Assembly: GCA_016214005.1 (NCBI GenBank) | Contig: JACRPK010000007.1 | Location: forward strand, 1 to 63,111 | DNA length: 63,111 nt | Direction: 5' to 3' | DNA from: Candidatus Wolfebacteria bacterium | Lineage (GTDB): Bacteria > Patescibacteriota > Minisyncoccia > UBA6257 > UBA9933 | Shown here: positions 34,054-42,187 of the stretch, in pieces | Position numbering within the stretch: position 1 is the stretch's first letter | Layout: each line of letters begins with the position of its first letter | Notes under the pieces: model-generated | Told to the model about the DNA's origin: nothing | The model's input: the letters and a program-made list of their open reading frames with translations, nothing else | Database searches by the model: none | Program-made: the position numbers and the translations under genes

Positions 34054-35835
34054 ATGAAAAATTATTTTTTAAAAATAATTTTCGCTAGTGGCATCAGTAT
34101 TATATTAATATTTTCTTTAACTCGTTTGGTGTGGGGGTGGAATTCTCCGAATAATAATCCGCCCAGTTCAACTAATCAGGCGATGTATATAAATAGCTCC
34201 GGCAATGTCGGCATCGGGACGACGAATCCAACGGGGGGGAGATTGCATGTTGACTCTGGGTCAAGCGCGGGAGTTTACAGTATTGGTACTGGTTCAAATT
34301 TTGTTGCGGATACTAACACAACTGGCGTCTTTGGTCATTTACGGGGCCAGCGGCAGGGTGTCCTAAAGTATTACTTAGGATTGGATGCTAGTGATAATTT
34401 CGCAATCTTGAGTACTGCCGCGGCACCGCTGGTGTCTGTAACAAACTCCGGCAATGTCGGCATCGGGACGACGAGTCCGAATAGCAAATTAGAGGTTTCA
34501 GCGGATAATCCTGGAATTAGATTGTCTGATACAACGGCTTTAGCAACCCCTTCAATGATAGAAACTATAGGTGATGTTGCTAACACTGCCTTGACTATAA
34601 GTAATAACGCAACCGCAGCTTCAGGAACTTGGAATAGAATTGATACCTCATATGGGGCCGCAAATATCCATATGATGAACGATGGAAGATTGTGGTATTG
34701 GACTGCAGCAGCAGGGGCAAATCCAATAACTTGGGTTGATAGGTTATATATGGATACATCCGGCAACGTCGGCATCGGGACGACGAGTCCGACAGGCAAG
34801 CTCACGATCAAGAGCGGCACTAACGCCGACCTGGAATTCGGCTCATCTGGAACGACTGCCACTTATCTGCAGGCCTACAATAGAACATCAAACGTGTACT
34901 CGGACATGAATTTTTATACGACGCCAGCAATTACAATGGCCATTAAAGCTGATAGCGGTAACGTCGGCATCGGGACGACGAGTCCGACCGCAGGGAAACT
35001 GCAGGTTGCTGGTTCAGTCACTGCCACAGGTGCCCAGGCGGCTGACCTCGCGAGTGCCACTACGCTGGATTATTCGAACGGTGGGCGCTTCATTGTAAAC
35101 GGACCAGATACCTCCACAAATGGAACCCTGAACTTTTATCTTACTAGAAGTAACGGTTCCAATACTCTTAACCCTTTGACACTCAAAAATGATGGCAACG
35201 TCGGCATCGGGACGACGAGTCCGGGATCAAAATTAACTGTTGGCAACAATTCGGGGAGTAGTGATACGACAATGTTTGTCTCTAATAGCAATTATCGCGC
35301 TATTTATGGTTATGGCACTACAGTTGGTGTTGAGGGGGCAGGAATAGTTGGGGGTGGATATTCAGGAGGTACCATTTCAGGGAGCGCTGGAATTGCGGGT
35401 TATGGTAATAATGGAGTTTACGGAGCAGGAGCTACTTATGGAGTTTTTGGTTATAGCGGAAATTCCGGCGGTTGGGGAATTTATTGTGGCGGAACAGGTA
35501 CTTTATATTGCGGAGGCGGCGCTGCTTGGTCTAATGTTTCAGATATTCGCCTTAAAAAAGATATTTTGACAATTAACAGTGCTCTTGAGAAAGTATTAAA
35601 ACTTCGCGGTGTTAATTATATTTGGAAAGATGATATCACAGAAACAAATCATGTCGGTTTTATAGCGCAAGAAGTTTTACCGATTGTTCCGGAAGTCGTT
35701 GGCAAAAATAAGGATGGCTATTATGTATTGTCTTATGCTGAATTTGCTCCTCTTTTTACCGAAGCCATCAAAGAACAACAACTCCAAATTGAAGAATTGA
35801 AAGCGGAAGTGAAGGAATTGAAGGCGGGGAGATAA
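34054..35835 (+). CDS. Tail-fibre-like protein with five SGNVGIGTT(S/N)P repeats and a C-terminal peptidase S74 (intramolecular chaperone/autoproteolysis) domain
   Basis: N-terminal TM/signal helix and a G/S/T/N-rich beta-type body. The C-terminus reads SDIRLKKDI...LRGVNYIWKDD...VGFIAQEV..IVPEVV...YVLSYAEFAPLFTEAIKEQQLQIEELK, as in endosialidase/tail-fibre chaperone domains. Confidence 0.75.
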   Translation: MKNYFLKIIFASGISIILIFSLTRLVWGWNSPNNNPPSSTNQAMYINSSGNVGIGTTNPTGGRLHVDSGSSAGVYSIGTGSNFVADTNTTGVFGHLRGQRQGVLKYYLGLDASDNFAILSTAAAPLVSVTNSGNVGIGTTSPNSKLEVSADNPGIRLSDTTALATPSMIETIGDVANTALTISNNATAASGTWNRIDTSYGAANIHMMNDGRLWYWTAAAGANPITWVDRLYMDTSGNVGIGTTSPTGKLTIKSGTNADLEFGSSGTTATYLQAYNRTSNVYSDMNFYTTPAITMAIKADSGNVGIGTTSPTAGKLQVAGSVTATGAQAADLASATTLDYSNGGRFIVNGPDTSTNGTLNFYLTRSNGSNTLNPLTLKNDGNVGIGTTSPGSKLTVGNNSGSSDTTMFVSNSNYRAIYGYGTTVGVEGAGIVGGGYSGGTISGSAGIAGYGNNGVYGAGATYGVFGYSGNSGGWGIYCGGTGTLYCGGGAAWSNVSDIRLKKDILTINSALEKVLKLRGVNYIWKDDITETNHVGFIAQEVLPIVPEVVGKNKDGYYVLSYAEFAPLFTEAIKEQQLQIEELKAEVKELKAGR

Positions 35836-35867
35836 ATTTGACTTTGGGATTTCGGGGATGGTAGAAT
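35776..35867 (+). repeat. R0: the authentic 3' end of the tail-fibre-like gene plus a downstream promoter; prototype of the R repeat family
   Basis: CAACAACTCCAAATTGAAGAATTGAAAGCGG...GGGGAGATAAATTTGACTTTGGGATTTCGGGGATGGTAGAAT. TTGACT at 35838-35843, 18 nt spacer, TGgTAGAAT ending at 35867. Confidence 0.85.
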
Positions 35868-35873
35868 ATAAAA

Positions 35874-36080
35874 ATGACAACAATTACTATCCCAATAAAA
35901 ATTGAAAAAGAATTAAAATTAGCTTCTCAAAATCTGGGATTTTCCAAAGAAGAACTTTTAACGAATGCTATTCTATATTATCTTCAAATTTTAGAAAAAA
36001 AAATAGAATTAAAAAATGAATTGAATCAATGGGAAAAAATCAGCAATATTGATTTAATTAAATTTGAGCAAGAAATTTAG
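35874..36080 (+). CDS. RHH (CopG-like) antitoxin, partner of the MazF-like toxin
   Basis: 68 aa. TITIPIKIEKELKLASQNLGFSKEELLTNAILYYL fits a ribbon-helix-helix pattern. Lies 5 nt upstream of the toxin gene. Confidence 0.6.
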   Translation: MTTITIPIKIEKELKLASQNLGFSKEELLTNAILYYLQILEKKIELKNELNQWEKISNIDLIKFEQEI

Positions 36081-36085
36081 AAATA

Positions 36086-36412
36086 ATGAGAAAGGGAGAT
36101 ATTTGTTTGATTAATTTAAGTTTTGGCGCCGGGCATGAGCAATTCGGAGAAAGGCCGGCAGTTTTAATTTCTGATACTAAAACTAAAATAGTTATTGTAA
36201 TTCCGCTCACCGCTAATTTCGAATCTTTAAGATTTCCTTATACTTTGGCAATTTTGCCTGATGCTAAAAATAATCTTAAACAAAAATCAGTGGCTTTAGT
36301 TTTTCACCTTAGGGCAATAGATAAAAAAAGAATTTTAAAAATAATTGGGAGAATAGATTTAAAATCACAAAGAAAATTAGATGAAATTTTGAAACAAATG
36401 TTAGAATTATAA
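36086..36412 (+). CDS. MazF/PemK family toxin (mRNA interferase)
   Basis: MRKGDICLINLSFGAGHEQFGERPAVLISD...VIVIPLT matches the GD-I..v.f.p..G.E..g.RPavV core. Confidence 0.8.
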   Translation: MRKGDICLINLSFGAGHEQFGERPAVLISDTKTKIVIVIPLTANFESLRFPYTLAILPDAKNNLKQKSVALVFHLRAIDKKRILKIIGRIDLKSQRKLDEILKQMLEL

Positions 36413-36420
36413 TTAGACGA

Positions 36421-36467
36421 CAACAATGGCTCCAAATTAAAGAATTGAAGGCGGGGAGATAAATTTT
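36421..36467 (+). repeat. R1: short degenerate copy of the tail-fibre gene 3' end
   Basis: CAACAATGGCTCCAAATTAAAGAATTGAAGGCGGGGAGATAAATTTT. Confidence 0.8.
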
Positions 36468-36501
36468 ATTTGTCCCATGGGGAAGCCTGCATAAGCGTTA
36501 T

Positions 36502-36530
36502 TTGACAAGCGATACTATTGTATATACAAT
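36502..36530 (+). promoter_or_regulatory. Promoter of the BrnT/BrnA cassette with an overlapping 14-bp palindromic operator candidate
   Basis: TTGACA, 17 nt spacer, TACAAT. The palindrome ATTGTATATACAAT (36517-36530) overlaps the -10 box. Confidence 0.55.
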
Positions 36531-36544
36531 GTATATAAATAAAG

Positions 36545-36805
36545 ATGAAGTATTTTAATTGGAATCCCGAAAAGAATAAAAAACTGATTAAAGAAAGAGG
36601 AATTTCTTTTGAAATATGTTTAATAAAAATTGAAAATAAAGATATATTAGATATTTTAAATAATATAAATTATTCAAATCAAAAAATTTTTGTTTTGGAG
36701 ATAGAAGAATATGTTTATTTAGTGCCTTTCGTTGAAAATGAAAATGAAATTTTTTTGAAAACTATAATTCCAAGCAGAAAATCCACTAAAAAATATTTAA
36801 AATAA
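36545..36805 (+). CDS. BrnT-like toxin (DUF497 family)
   Basis: FNWNPEKNKKLIKERGISFE... resembles the FxWDxxKNxxNxxKHGxSFEEA signature. Followed by a BrnA-like gene. Confidence 0.65.
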   Translation: MKYFNWNPEKNKKLIKERGISFEICLIKIENKDILDILNNINYSNQKIFVLEIEEYVYLVPFVENENEIFLKTIIPSRKSTKKYLK

Positions 36806-36816
36806 AAAATATAAAT

Positions 36817-37083
36817 ATGAAAAAAATTATAAAACTTACAAAAGAAGAAAGGGATATTTTAAAATCAGCAGAAGACGGAGAATTTATTTCTACTGTGTCT
36901 AAAAAAAAAGATGTTACACATTATTCAAAAATAGCGAAAGCTACATTGGCAAAAAATAAAACAATTTCTATAAGAATTTCGGAAGTTGATTTGATAAAAT
37001 TGAAGGCAAAAGCGGCACAAGAAGGTATGCCATATCAAACATTAATATCTTCTTCTCTTCATAGACTTACAGTTAATAGTTAA
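36817..37083 (+). CDS. BrnA-like antitoxin (CopG/RHH C-terminal domain)
   Basis: KTISIRISEVDLIKLKAKAAQEGMPYQTLISSSLHRL is the typical BrnA C-terminal pattern. Confidence 0.7.
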   Translation: MKKIIKLTKEERDILKSAEDGEFISTVSKKKDVTHYSKIAKATLAKNKTISIRISEVDLIKLKAKAAQEGMPYQTLISSSLHRLTVNS

Positions 37084-37123
37084 AAGCTAGAAACGAGAAT
37101 ATTATAAGAGGATTTTTAATTGC

Positions 37124-37199
37124 AAACGGAAGTGAAGAAATTGAAAGCGGGGAGATAGAAGATAAAAGTTTGACTTTGAGATTTTGGGCGTGATAAGAT
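37124..37199 (+). repeat. R2: copy of the gene-end remnant (AAACGGAAGTGAAGAAATTGAAAGCGGGGAGATAG) plus a TTGACTTTGAGATTTTGG promoter module
   Basis: TTGACT at 37170-37175, 18 nt spacer, TAAGAT at 37194-37199. Confidence 0.8.
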
Positions 37200-37206
37200 A
37201 AAATAT

Positions 37207-37488
37207 ATGATTAAATTTAATTTACAATTACCAATATCTATATTTAAGGAAGGTAAATATTTTATCGCTTATACTCCTGTACTTGATTTATCAACTTCTG
37301 GCAAAAATTATGATCAAGTTAAAAAGAGATTTAATGAGGTGGTAATTATTTTTTTTGAAGAATTGATAAAAAAGGGGACACTTAGTGATGTTTTAGGAAA
37401 TTTAGGTTGGCAAAAGATTAAAAATCAATGGGTGCCGCCCAATCTTATCTCTCAAGAATCGGAAAAGATACAACTTTCAGTGGCGTGA
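37207..37488 (+). CDS. HicB-like (UPF0150) antitoxin
   Basis: ISIFKEGKYFIAYTPVLDLSTSGKNYDQVKKRFNEVV resembles the HicB N-terminal fold signature. Precedes a HicA-like gene. Confidence 0.55.
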   Translation: MIKFNLQLPISIFKEGKYFIAYTPVLDLSTSGKNYDQVKKRFNEVVIIFFEELIKKGTLSDVLGNLGWQKIKNQWVPPNLISQESEKIQLSVA

Positions 37489-37495
37489 TTTTATT

Positions 37496-37726
37496 ATGTT
37501 TAGTTTAAGGCCTATTTCGTGGAAAAAGTTTGAAAAATTTGTTTTATATGTGGGTTGTTCTTATGAAAGAAAAAGTGGCGATCATAGAGTTTATGGGCGT
37601 AGCGATTTAAAAAGGCCGGTAGTTTTTCCAGAAGATAAAGAAATTCCAATTTTTATTATTCGTAATAATTTGCGAACATTAGGAATAAGTTATAGTGAAT
37701 ATATAAGTATTTTAGAAAAACTTTAA
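37496..37726 (+). CDS. HicA/YcfA-like toxin
   Basis: 76 aa: ISWKKFEKFVLYVGCSYERKSGDHRVY...RPVVFPEDKEIPIFIIRNNLRTLGIS. Confidence 0.6.
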   Translation: MFSLRPISWKKFEKFVLYVGCSYERKSGDHRVYGRSDLKRPVVFPEDKEIPIFIIRNNLRTLGISYSEYISILEKL

Positions 37727-37747
37727 TTAAATAGTAATATATCAAAT

Positions 37748-37818
37748 CCCAACAACTCCAAATTGAAGAATTGAAAGCGGGGAGATAAATTTGACTTTGG
37801 GATTTTGGAGGTTAAAAT
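37748..37818 (+). repeat. R3: gene-end remnant plus promoter module
   Basis: CCCAACAACTCCAAATTGAAGAATTGAAAGCGGGGAGATAAATTTGACTTTGGGATTTTGG. TTGACT at 37791-37796, with TAAAAT near 37813. Confidence 0.85.
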
Positions 37819-37825
37819 AAATAAT

Positions 37826-38071
37826 ATGAATACGATTACTATTCCGAAAAATTTAATAAAAAATGATGATTTGGTGATTATACCGCGAAAAGAATATGAA
37901 AATATGAAAGCGAGGATGATGCCAATTTTTTATTTAAAAGGAAAAAATGCGAAACTTCTTGATAAGCGGGTCAGCGAAGGGATAGAGGAATATCGCGCGG
38001 GGAAAATGGAAGATTTAAATTCATTTCTTAAGAAAGAATATCCCGATTTTCATAAGAAATATGGAAATTAA
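37826..38071 (+). CDS. Putative antitoxin of the RelE/YafQ-like toxin
   Basis: 81 aa from the ATG at 37826. Overlaps the toxin start by 11 nt. The family was not recognised beyond its position. Confidence 0.5.
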   Translation: MNTITIPKNLIKNDDLVIIPRKEYENMKARMMPIFYLKGKNAKLLDKRVSEGIEEYRAGKMEDLNSFLKKEYPDFHKKYGN

Positions 38072-38318
38072 TCTTTCCTCGCGGTTTAAAAAATCTTTTC
38101 GTAAAATTCATCCTCGCATTCAAAATAAAGCAATTGATAAAATATCAATTTTCAAGATTAATCCCTTTAATTTAAATCTTAATACTCATAAATTGCATGG
38201 GGAGAAAAAAGAAGAATGGGCTTTTTCGGTAGATTATTTTTATAGAATTAGTTTTATTTTTATTGAAGATAAAAAAGTTATTTTTACAGATATCGGTACT
38301 CACGATATTTATAAATAA
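38061..38318 (+). CDS. RelE/ParE-superfamily toxin (YafQ-like)
   Basis: FKKSFRKI...HKLHGEKKEEWAFSVDYFYRISFIFIEDKKVIFTDIGTHDIY matches the RelE/YafQ pattern (H.L.G....w...v..dyRi.y......i.l...G.H). Confidence 0.7.
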   Translation: MEINLSSRFKKSFRKIHPRIQNKAIDKISIFKINPFNLNLNTHKLHGEKKEEWAFSVDYFYRISFIFIEDKKVIFTDIGTHDIYK

Positions 38319-38319
38319 T

Positions 38320-38397
38320 CAAACCCCATCAACTCCAAATTGAAGAATTGAAGGCGAAAAGGTAAATTTGACTTTGGGATTTTGGGGATGGTAGAAT
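38320..38397 (+). repeat. R4: gene-end remnant plus promoter module, nearly identical to the R0 promoter
   Basis: CAAACCCCATCAACTCCAAATTGAAGAATTGAAGGCGAAAAGGTAAATTTGACTTTGGGATTTTGGGGATGGTAGAAT. Confidence 0.85.
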
Positions 38398-38403
38398 AAT
38401 ATT

Positions 38404-38658
38404 GTGGCTAAAAAATTAAGACAATTTAAGATTATTATTGAACAAGATGAAGACGGATATTTCGTTGCTTCAGTTCCTGCTTTGCCTGGATGTTTCACTC
38501 AAGCTAAAACGCTTTTTGAACTTAAAAAAAGAATTCACGAAGCAATATCTCTTTGTTTGGAAGTTGCGAAAAATGATCGTCAATATCGCGCTAGCATTAA
38601 TGAATTTTCTTATGAGCCTTCTTTTGTTGGGCTTGAAACAATAGCTGTTGCTGCATGA
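38404..38658 (+). CDS. hicB: HicB family antitoxin
   Basis: FKIIIEQDEDGYFVASVPALPGCFTQAKTLFELKKRIHEAI is the classical UPF0150/HicB signature. GTG start. Confidence 0.8.
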   Translation: MAKKLRQFKIIIEQDEDGYFVASVPALPGCFTQAKTLFELKKRIHEAISLCLEVAKNDRQYRASINEFSYEPSFVGLETIAVAA

Positions 38659-38882
38659 GCCAAAAAATTCCAACTTTAAAAGCTAAAGATATTATTAGAA
38701 TTTTGAAAATTCTTGGATTTTTTGAAGCCAGAAGTAAGGGCTCGCATATTTTTTTTAAACATTTAGATGGTCGAATTACTCTTGTGCCAAAACATGGCGG
38801 TGAAGACATTGGGCGCGGTCTTTTGCAACAAATTCTTAGAGAAATTAAAATTACGCCCGATGAATTCAAAAATCTTCTTTAA
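38655..38882 (+). CDS. hicA: HicA family toxin
   Basis: LKAKDIIRILKILGFFEARSKGSHIFFKH.DGRITLVPKHGGEDIGRGLLQQILREIKI is the classical HicA pattern. Overlaps hicB by 4 nt. Confidence 0.82.
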   Translation: MSQKIPTLKAKDIIRILKILGFFEARSKGSHIFFKHLDGRITLVPKHGGEDIGRGLLQQILREIKITPDEFKNLL

Positions 38883-38891
38883 ATTAAAATT

Positions 38892-38991
38892 CTCAAACCC
38901 CATCAACTCCAAATCAAAGAATTAAAAACGGAAGTGAAGGAATTGAAAGCGGGAAAATAAATTTGACAAGCAATTTAAATAATTATACTAT
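38892..38991 (+). repeat. R5: full-length gene-end remnant (reads ...QLQIKELKTEVKELKAGK-stop) fused to the typA promoter
   Basis: CTCAAACCCCATCAACTCCAAATCAAAGAATTAAAAACGGAAGTGAAGGAATTGAAAGCGGGAAAATAAATTTGACA. TTGACA at 38963-38968, 17 nt spacer, TACTAT at 38986-38991. Confidence 0.8.
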
Positions 38992-39053
38992 AAAAAATCT
39001 GCCTAATGGCAAATAGGTCTGCTGTAAGGGCGGATTTTTATTTTAAAATATTT

Positions 39054-40859
39054 ATGGCAAATATACGCAATGTTGCGATTATTGCTCACGTTGACCACGG
39101 CAAAACAACCTTGGTTGACGCGCTGCTCAAACAATCGCGGACAAAATTGAATAAAGAGACTAACGAGGCGATTTGTATTATGGACAGCAACGAATTGGAG
39201 CGTGAAAGAGGAATCACTATTTTTTCCAAGAACGCTTCGGTTGAATGGAATGGAACTAAAATCAATATTATTGATACGCCCGGACACGCTGATTTCGGTG
39301 GCGAAGTTGAGCGCGTTTTGAATATGGCAGATGGCTGTTTGCTTTTGGTTGACGCCAAAGAAGGTCCGATGCCGCAGACAAGATTTGTTTTGAAGAAAGC
39401 ATTGGAAATGGGGCATAGAGTTATTGTGATTATCAATAAAATTGACAAACCCGGAGCAAGGGCTGATTTCGCCATTAACAAAACTTTTGATTTATTTGTT
39501 GAGCTTGGCGCCAATGATCAGGCTTTAGATTTTCCGGTTGTCTACGCTTCGGGCCGCGAAGGCAAAGCTGGACTTGAAAATGATTTAAGCAAAATGGTTG
39601 ATATTTCGCCGATTTTTGAAGCGATTTTAAAACACATCCCGGCTCCGGTAAATGACATCAACAAGCCCCTTCAATTACTTATTACCAATGTTGTGCCCGA
39701 TGATTTTAAGGGAAGAATTGCGATTGGCAGGGTTCATAATGGAATAATTCGCGCAGGGCAAGAAATCAGCCACATTAACCGCGAGGGGAAAATTGAAAAA
39801 TGCAGGCTTGTTTCGCTGATGACTTTTAGCGGTTTAAACAGAATTGAAGCGAAAGAAGTTGTTGCCGGAGATATTGCGGCGATTGCGGGAATTGCTGACG
39901 CAACAGTGGGCGAAACAATAGCTGATTCTTTAAATCCGCAAGCTCTGCCGCTTTTAAGCATTGAAGAGCCGACTGTGAAAATGACTTTTATGGTCAATGA
40001 TTCTCCCTTTGCCGGAAGAGAGGGAGAATTTACGACTTCTCGCCAGATAAAAGAAAGGCTTCATAAAGAACTTGAAACAGATGTCGCGCTTAAAATTGAA
40101 GACACATCTGACGGCAAGTGGATAGTGTCAGGTCGCGGCGAGCTTCACCTGTCAATTTTAATTGAAAGATTACGCCGCGAGGGATTTGAATTTCAGATTT
40201 CTCGGCCGCAGGTGATTCTTAAAGAAGTTGACGGGAAAAAGATGGCGCCTTATGAAAGGGTTTTTATTGAAGTTCCGGAAGAATACTATGGATCAATTAT
40301 TCAAAAATTTGGCATCCGTAAGGGTGAACTTAAAGAAATGTCTAACAATGACGGAATTGTATATTTGGAATTTATCGTGCCGACCCAGGGGCTTTTCGGT
40401 TATCGCAGCGAATTTTTAACGGATACTAAGGGGTTGGGAATTATGAACGCGAATTTTTATGAATATAGGGCTGATCCTGGAATAGTTAATGAAAGAGAGC
40501 AGGGGTCGCTTGTCACATGCGAATCAGGGCAAACAAATCTTTATGGGTTGGTGAACATTCAAGACAGGGGAGTTTTATTTTTCGGGCCAGCTGCTGAAGT
40601 TTATGAAGGTCAGGTTGTGGGATCAAATTCCAGAAGCGGTGATATAAGAGTTAATGTTTGTAAAACAAAACAGCTTTCAAATATGCGCTCTAAAAATGAC
40701 GGCGCTGCCGAGCATTTTAATACTCCCAAAACAATGGGGCTTGAAGATTCTTTGGAATATATTTCAGACGATGAGCTTGTTGAAGTGACTCCTAAAAGCG
40801 TAAGGATAAGAAAAATGTGGCTTGATGAGAATATGGCTAAACGTATGTCAAAAAATTAG
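39054..40859 (+). CDS. typA: Translational GTPase TypA/BipA
   Basis: IRNVAIIAHVDHGKTTLVD, DTPGHADFGGEV, NKIDK, and the C-terminal BipA-specific region. The start was set at the ATG at 39054. Confidence 0.93.
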   Translation: MANIRNVAIIAHVDHGKTTLVDALLKQSRTKLNKETNEAICIMDSNELERERGITIFSKNASVEWNGTKINIIDTPGHADFGGEVERVLNMADGCLLLVDAKEGPMPQTRFVLKKALEMGHRVIVIINKIDKPGARADFAINKTFDLFVELGANDQALDFPVVYASGREGKAGLENDLSKMVDISPIFEAILKHIPAPVNDINKPLQLLITNVVPDDFKGRIAIGRVHNGIIRAGQEISHINREGKIEKCRLVSLMTFSGLNRIEAKEVVAGDIAAIAGIADATVGETIADSLNPQALPLLSIEEPTVKMTFMVNDSPFAGREGEFTTSRQIKERLHKELETDVALKIEDTSDGKWIVSGRGELHLSILIERLRREGFEFQISRPQVILKEVDGKKMAPYERVFIEVPEEYYGSIIQKFGIRKGELKEMSNNDGIVYLEFIVPTQGLFGYRSEFLTDTKGLGIMNANFYEYRADPGIVNEREQGSLVTCESGQTNLYGLVNIQDRGVLFFGPAAEVYEGQVVGSNSRSGDIRVNVCKTKQLSNMRSKNDGAAEHFNTPKTMGLEDSLEYISDDELVEVTPKSVRIRKMWLDENMAKRMSKN

Positions 40860-41173
40860 GCCGGGATTTTCGGGGCAGGGGTTCTGGCTTTTGTTGAACG
40901 ATAAACTAGCCAGATAAAAACGAAATAAGCAATTAAATAAATCGTGTATTCAATAAATTCTGCTGGTTCTCCATATTTTGCTTTTAGGTTAAAGACATCG
41001 TAAATAGTATGCCAAACGCGGGCAATTGCTAGAATATTAAGAGTCCAAACAGTTGCTGTCATTGCTGAATAAGTCAGGCCTTTTTCCATGGCTTTTTTGG
41101 CTACGATTGGCACTGCCACAGCCGCAATACTCACAATGATTGAAAATAAGGATTCTAAGTTTATTAATTCCAT
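40856..41173 (-). CDS. Hypothetical small membrane protein (3 TM helices)
   Basis: 105-aa hydrophobic ORF. Its end overlaps the typA stop by 4 nt. Confidence 0.5.
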   Translation of the reverse strand: MELINLESLFSIIVSIAAVAVPIVAKKAMEKGLTYSAMTATVWTLNILAIARVWHTIYDVFNLKAKYGEPAEFIEYTIYLIAYFVFIWLVYRSTKARTPAPKIPA

Positions 41174-41236
41174 ATTGTTATTATATTAAATTAAATATTT
41201 TTTTTCAATCGCGAATTTAATCGTGAATTTATTTTG

Positions 41237-41310
41237 CGCGGGCGACCGGATTTGAACCGGCGATCTCTGCCGTGACAGGGCAGCGCTTTGGGCCGCTGAG
41301 CTACGCCCGC
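41237..41310 (-). tRNA. tRNA-Asp (anticodon GUC)
   Basis: In the reverse complement: acceptor GCGGGCG/CGCCCGC, anticodon stem-loop CTGCC-CTGTCAC-GGCAG, T loop TTCAAAT. Confidence 0.85.
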
Positions 41311-41494
41311 AATTTTTATATTTTAAACAATCCCGAATTATTTTTCAATATATTGTATGCGGGATGCGCTTGGCATCATACCCGTTCGGCCTGCGAGACG
41401 ATTTTTTAGCGAAATGCTAACGATAATAAAATCTAGAATGTATTTTGTATTATGCAAATTTGCGAGATTTCTATTTATTGATTAATATAAATCA

Positions 41495-42187
41495 ATGGCG
41501 AATTTTGTTAAAATTGTTAAAAAGGTGATGCCGTCAGTGGTTTCTATTGTTATTTCTGAAAATATCAGAGAAATCCCCAAAAAGCTCCTTACTTCAAAAA
41601 ATAAAAAAAAATTAGAAAAATTGGCCGACAAAAAAGGCGATATTGAGGTTGGCAGCGGTTCGGGTTTTATTATTGATAAATCAGGCATTGTATCCACCAA
41701 TAAACACATTGTTATTGATGAGGAGGCTGATTATGCGGTTATAACCAATGACGGCAAAAAATTTGAATCAAAAGTTATTTTTCGCGATTCTGTCAAAGAT
41801 ATCGCTTTTTTAAAAATTAAAAGCAAAAATTTAAAATTTTCGTCTGTTAAACTCGGCAATTCCGACAAGGTTCAGCTGGGAGAAGAAGTAATGGCTTTTG
41901 GCAACGCCCTGGGGCTTTTTAAGAATTCAGTTTCCGAAGGAATAATCTCGGGATTGGACAGAAAAATTTTGGCGCAGGTTGATCTGAAAACAAAAAGCCA
42001 AAAAATAGAAGGGCTTATTCAAACTGATGCGGCGATTAATCCGGGTAATTCTGGCGGACCGCTGGTAAATGCCAAAGGCGAAGTTATCGGCATCAATACA
42101 GCCATGATTAAAGAAGCGGAAAATATAGGTTTGGCTATCCCGATAAATTCAATAAAAAAAGATTTAGTAAAAATATTCGTCCACTAG
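41495..42187 (+). CDS. Trypsin-like serine protease (S1C/HtrA-like catalytic domain, no PDZ)
   Basis: GSGFIIDKSGIVSTNKHIV (His), DIAFLKI (Asp), GNSGGPLVN (Ser). Confidence 0.8.
   Translation: MANFVKIVKKVMPSVVSIVISENIREIPKKLLTSKNKKKLEKLADKKGDIEVGSGSGFIIDKSGIVSTNKHIVIDEEADYAVITNDGKKFESKVIFRDSVKDIAFLKIKSKNLKFSSVKLGNSDKVQLGEEVMAFGNALGLFKNSVSEGIISGLDRKILAQVDLKTKSQKIEGLIQTDAAINPGNSGGPLVNAKGEVIGINTAMIKEAENIGLAIPINSIKKDLVKIFVH

Noticed and set aside
34371-34862. A 163-aa antisense ORF within the tail-fibre-like gene, and similar antisense ORFs in infB (32188-32751), leuS (43886-44371) and dnaK/dnaJ
   Set aside because: They lie entirely within strongly supported genes on the opposite strand. They are low-complexity, with no start signals, and are treated as spurious.
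35776-38991. Whether the R0-R5 repeats could be a CRISPR array or a diversity-generating retroelement (VR/TR pair at the tail-fibre gene 3' end)
   Set aside because: The repeats are 45-95 bp and degenerate, and they are separated by 0.3-0.7 kb intervals that contain complete two-gene ORF pairs, so this is not CRISPR geometry. No reverse transcriptase gene is in the window, and the differences between copies are indels and mixed substitutions rather than adenine-specific changes, so this is not a DGR signature.
42164-42187. The 24-nt convergent overlap between the protease and the LTD-like gene, considered as a possible regulatory antisense arrangement
   Set aside because: It is a short 3'-3' overlap in a very compact genome with no hairpin or other signal, and is probably just tight packing.
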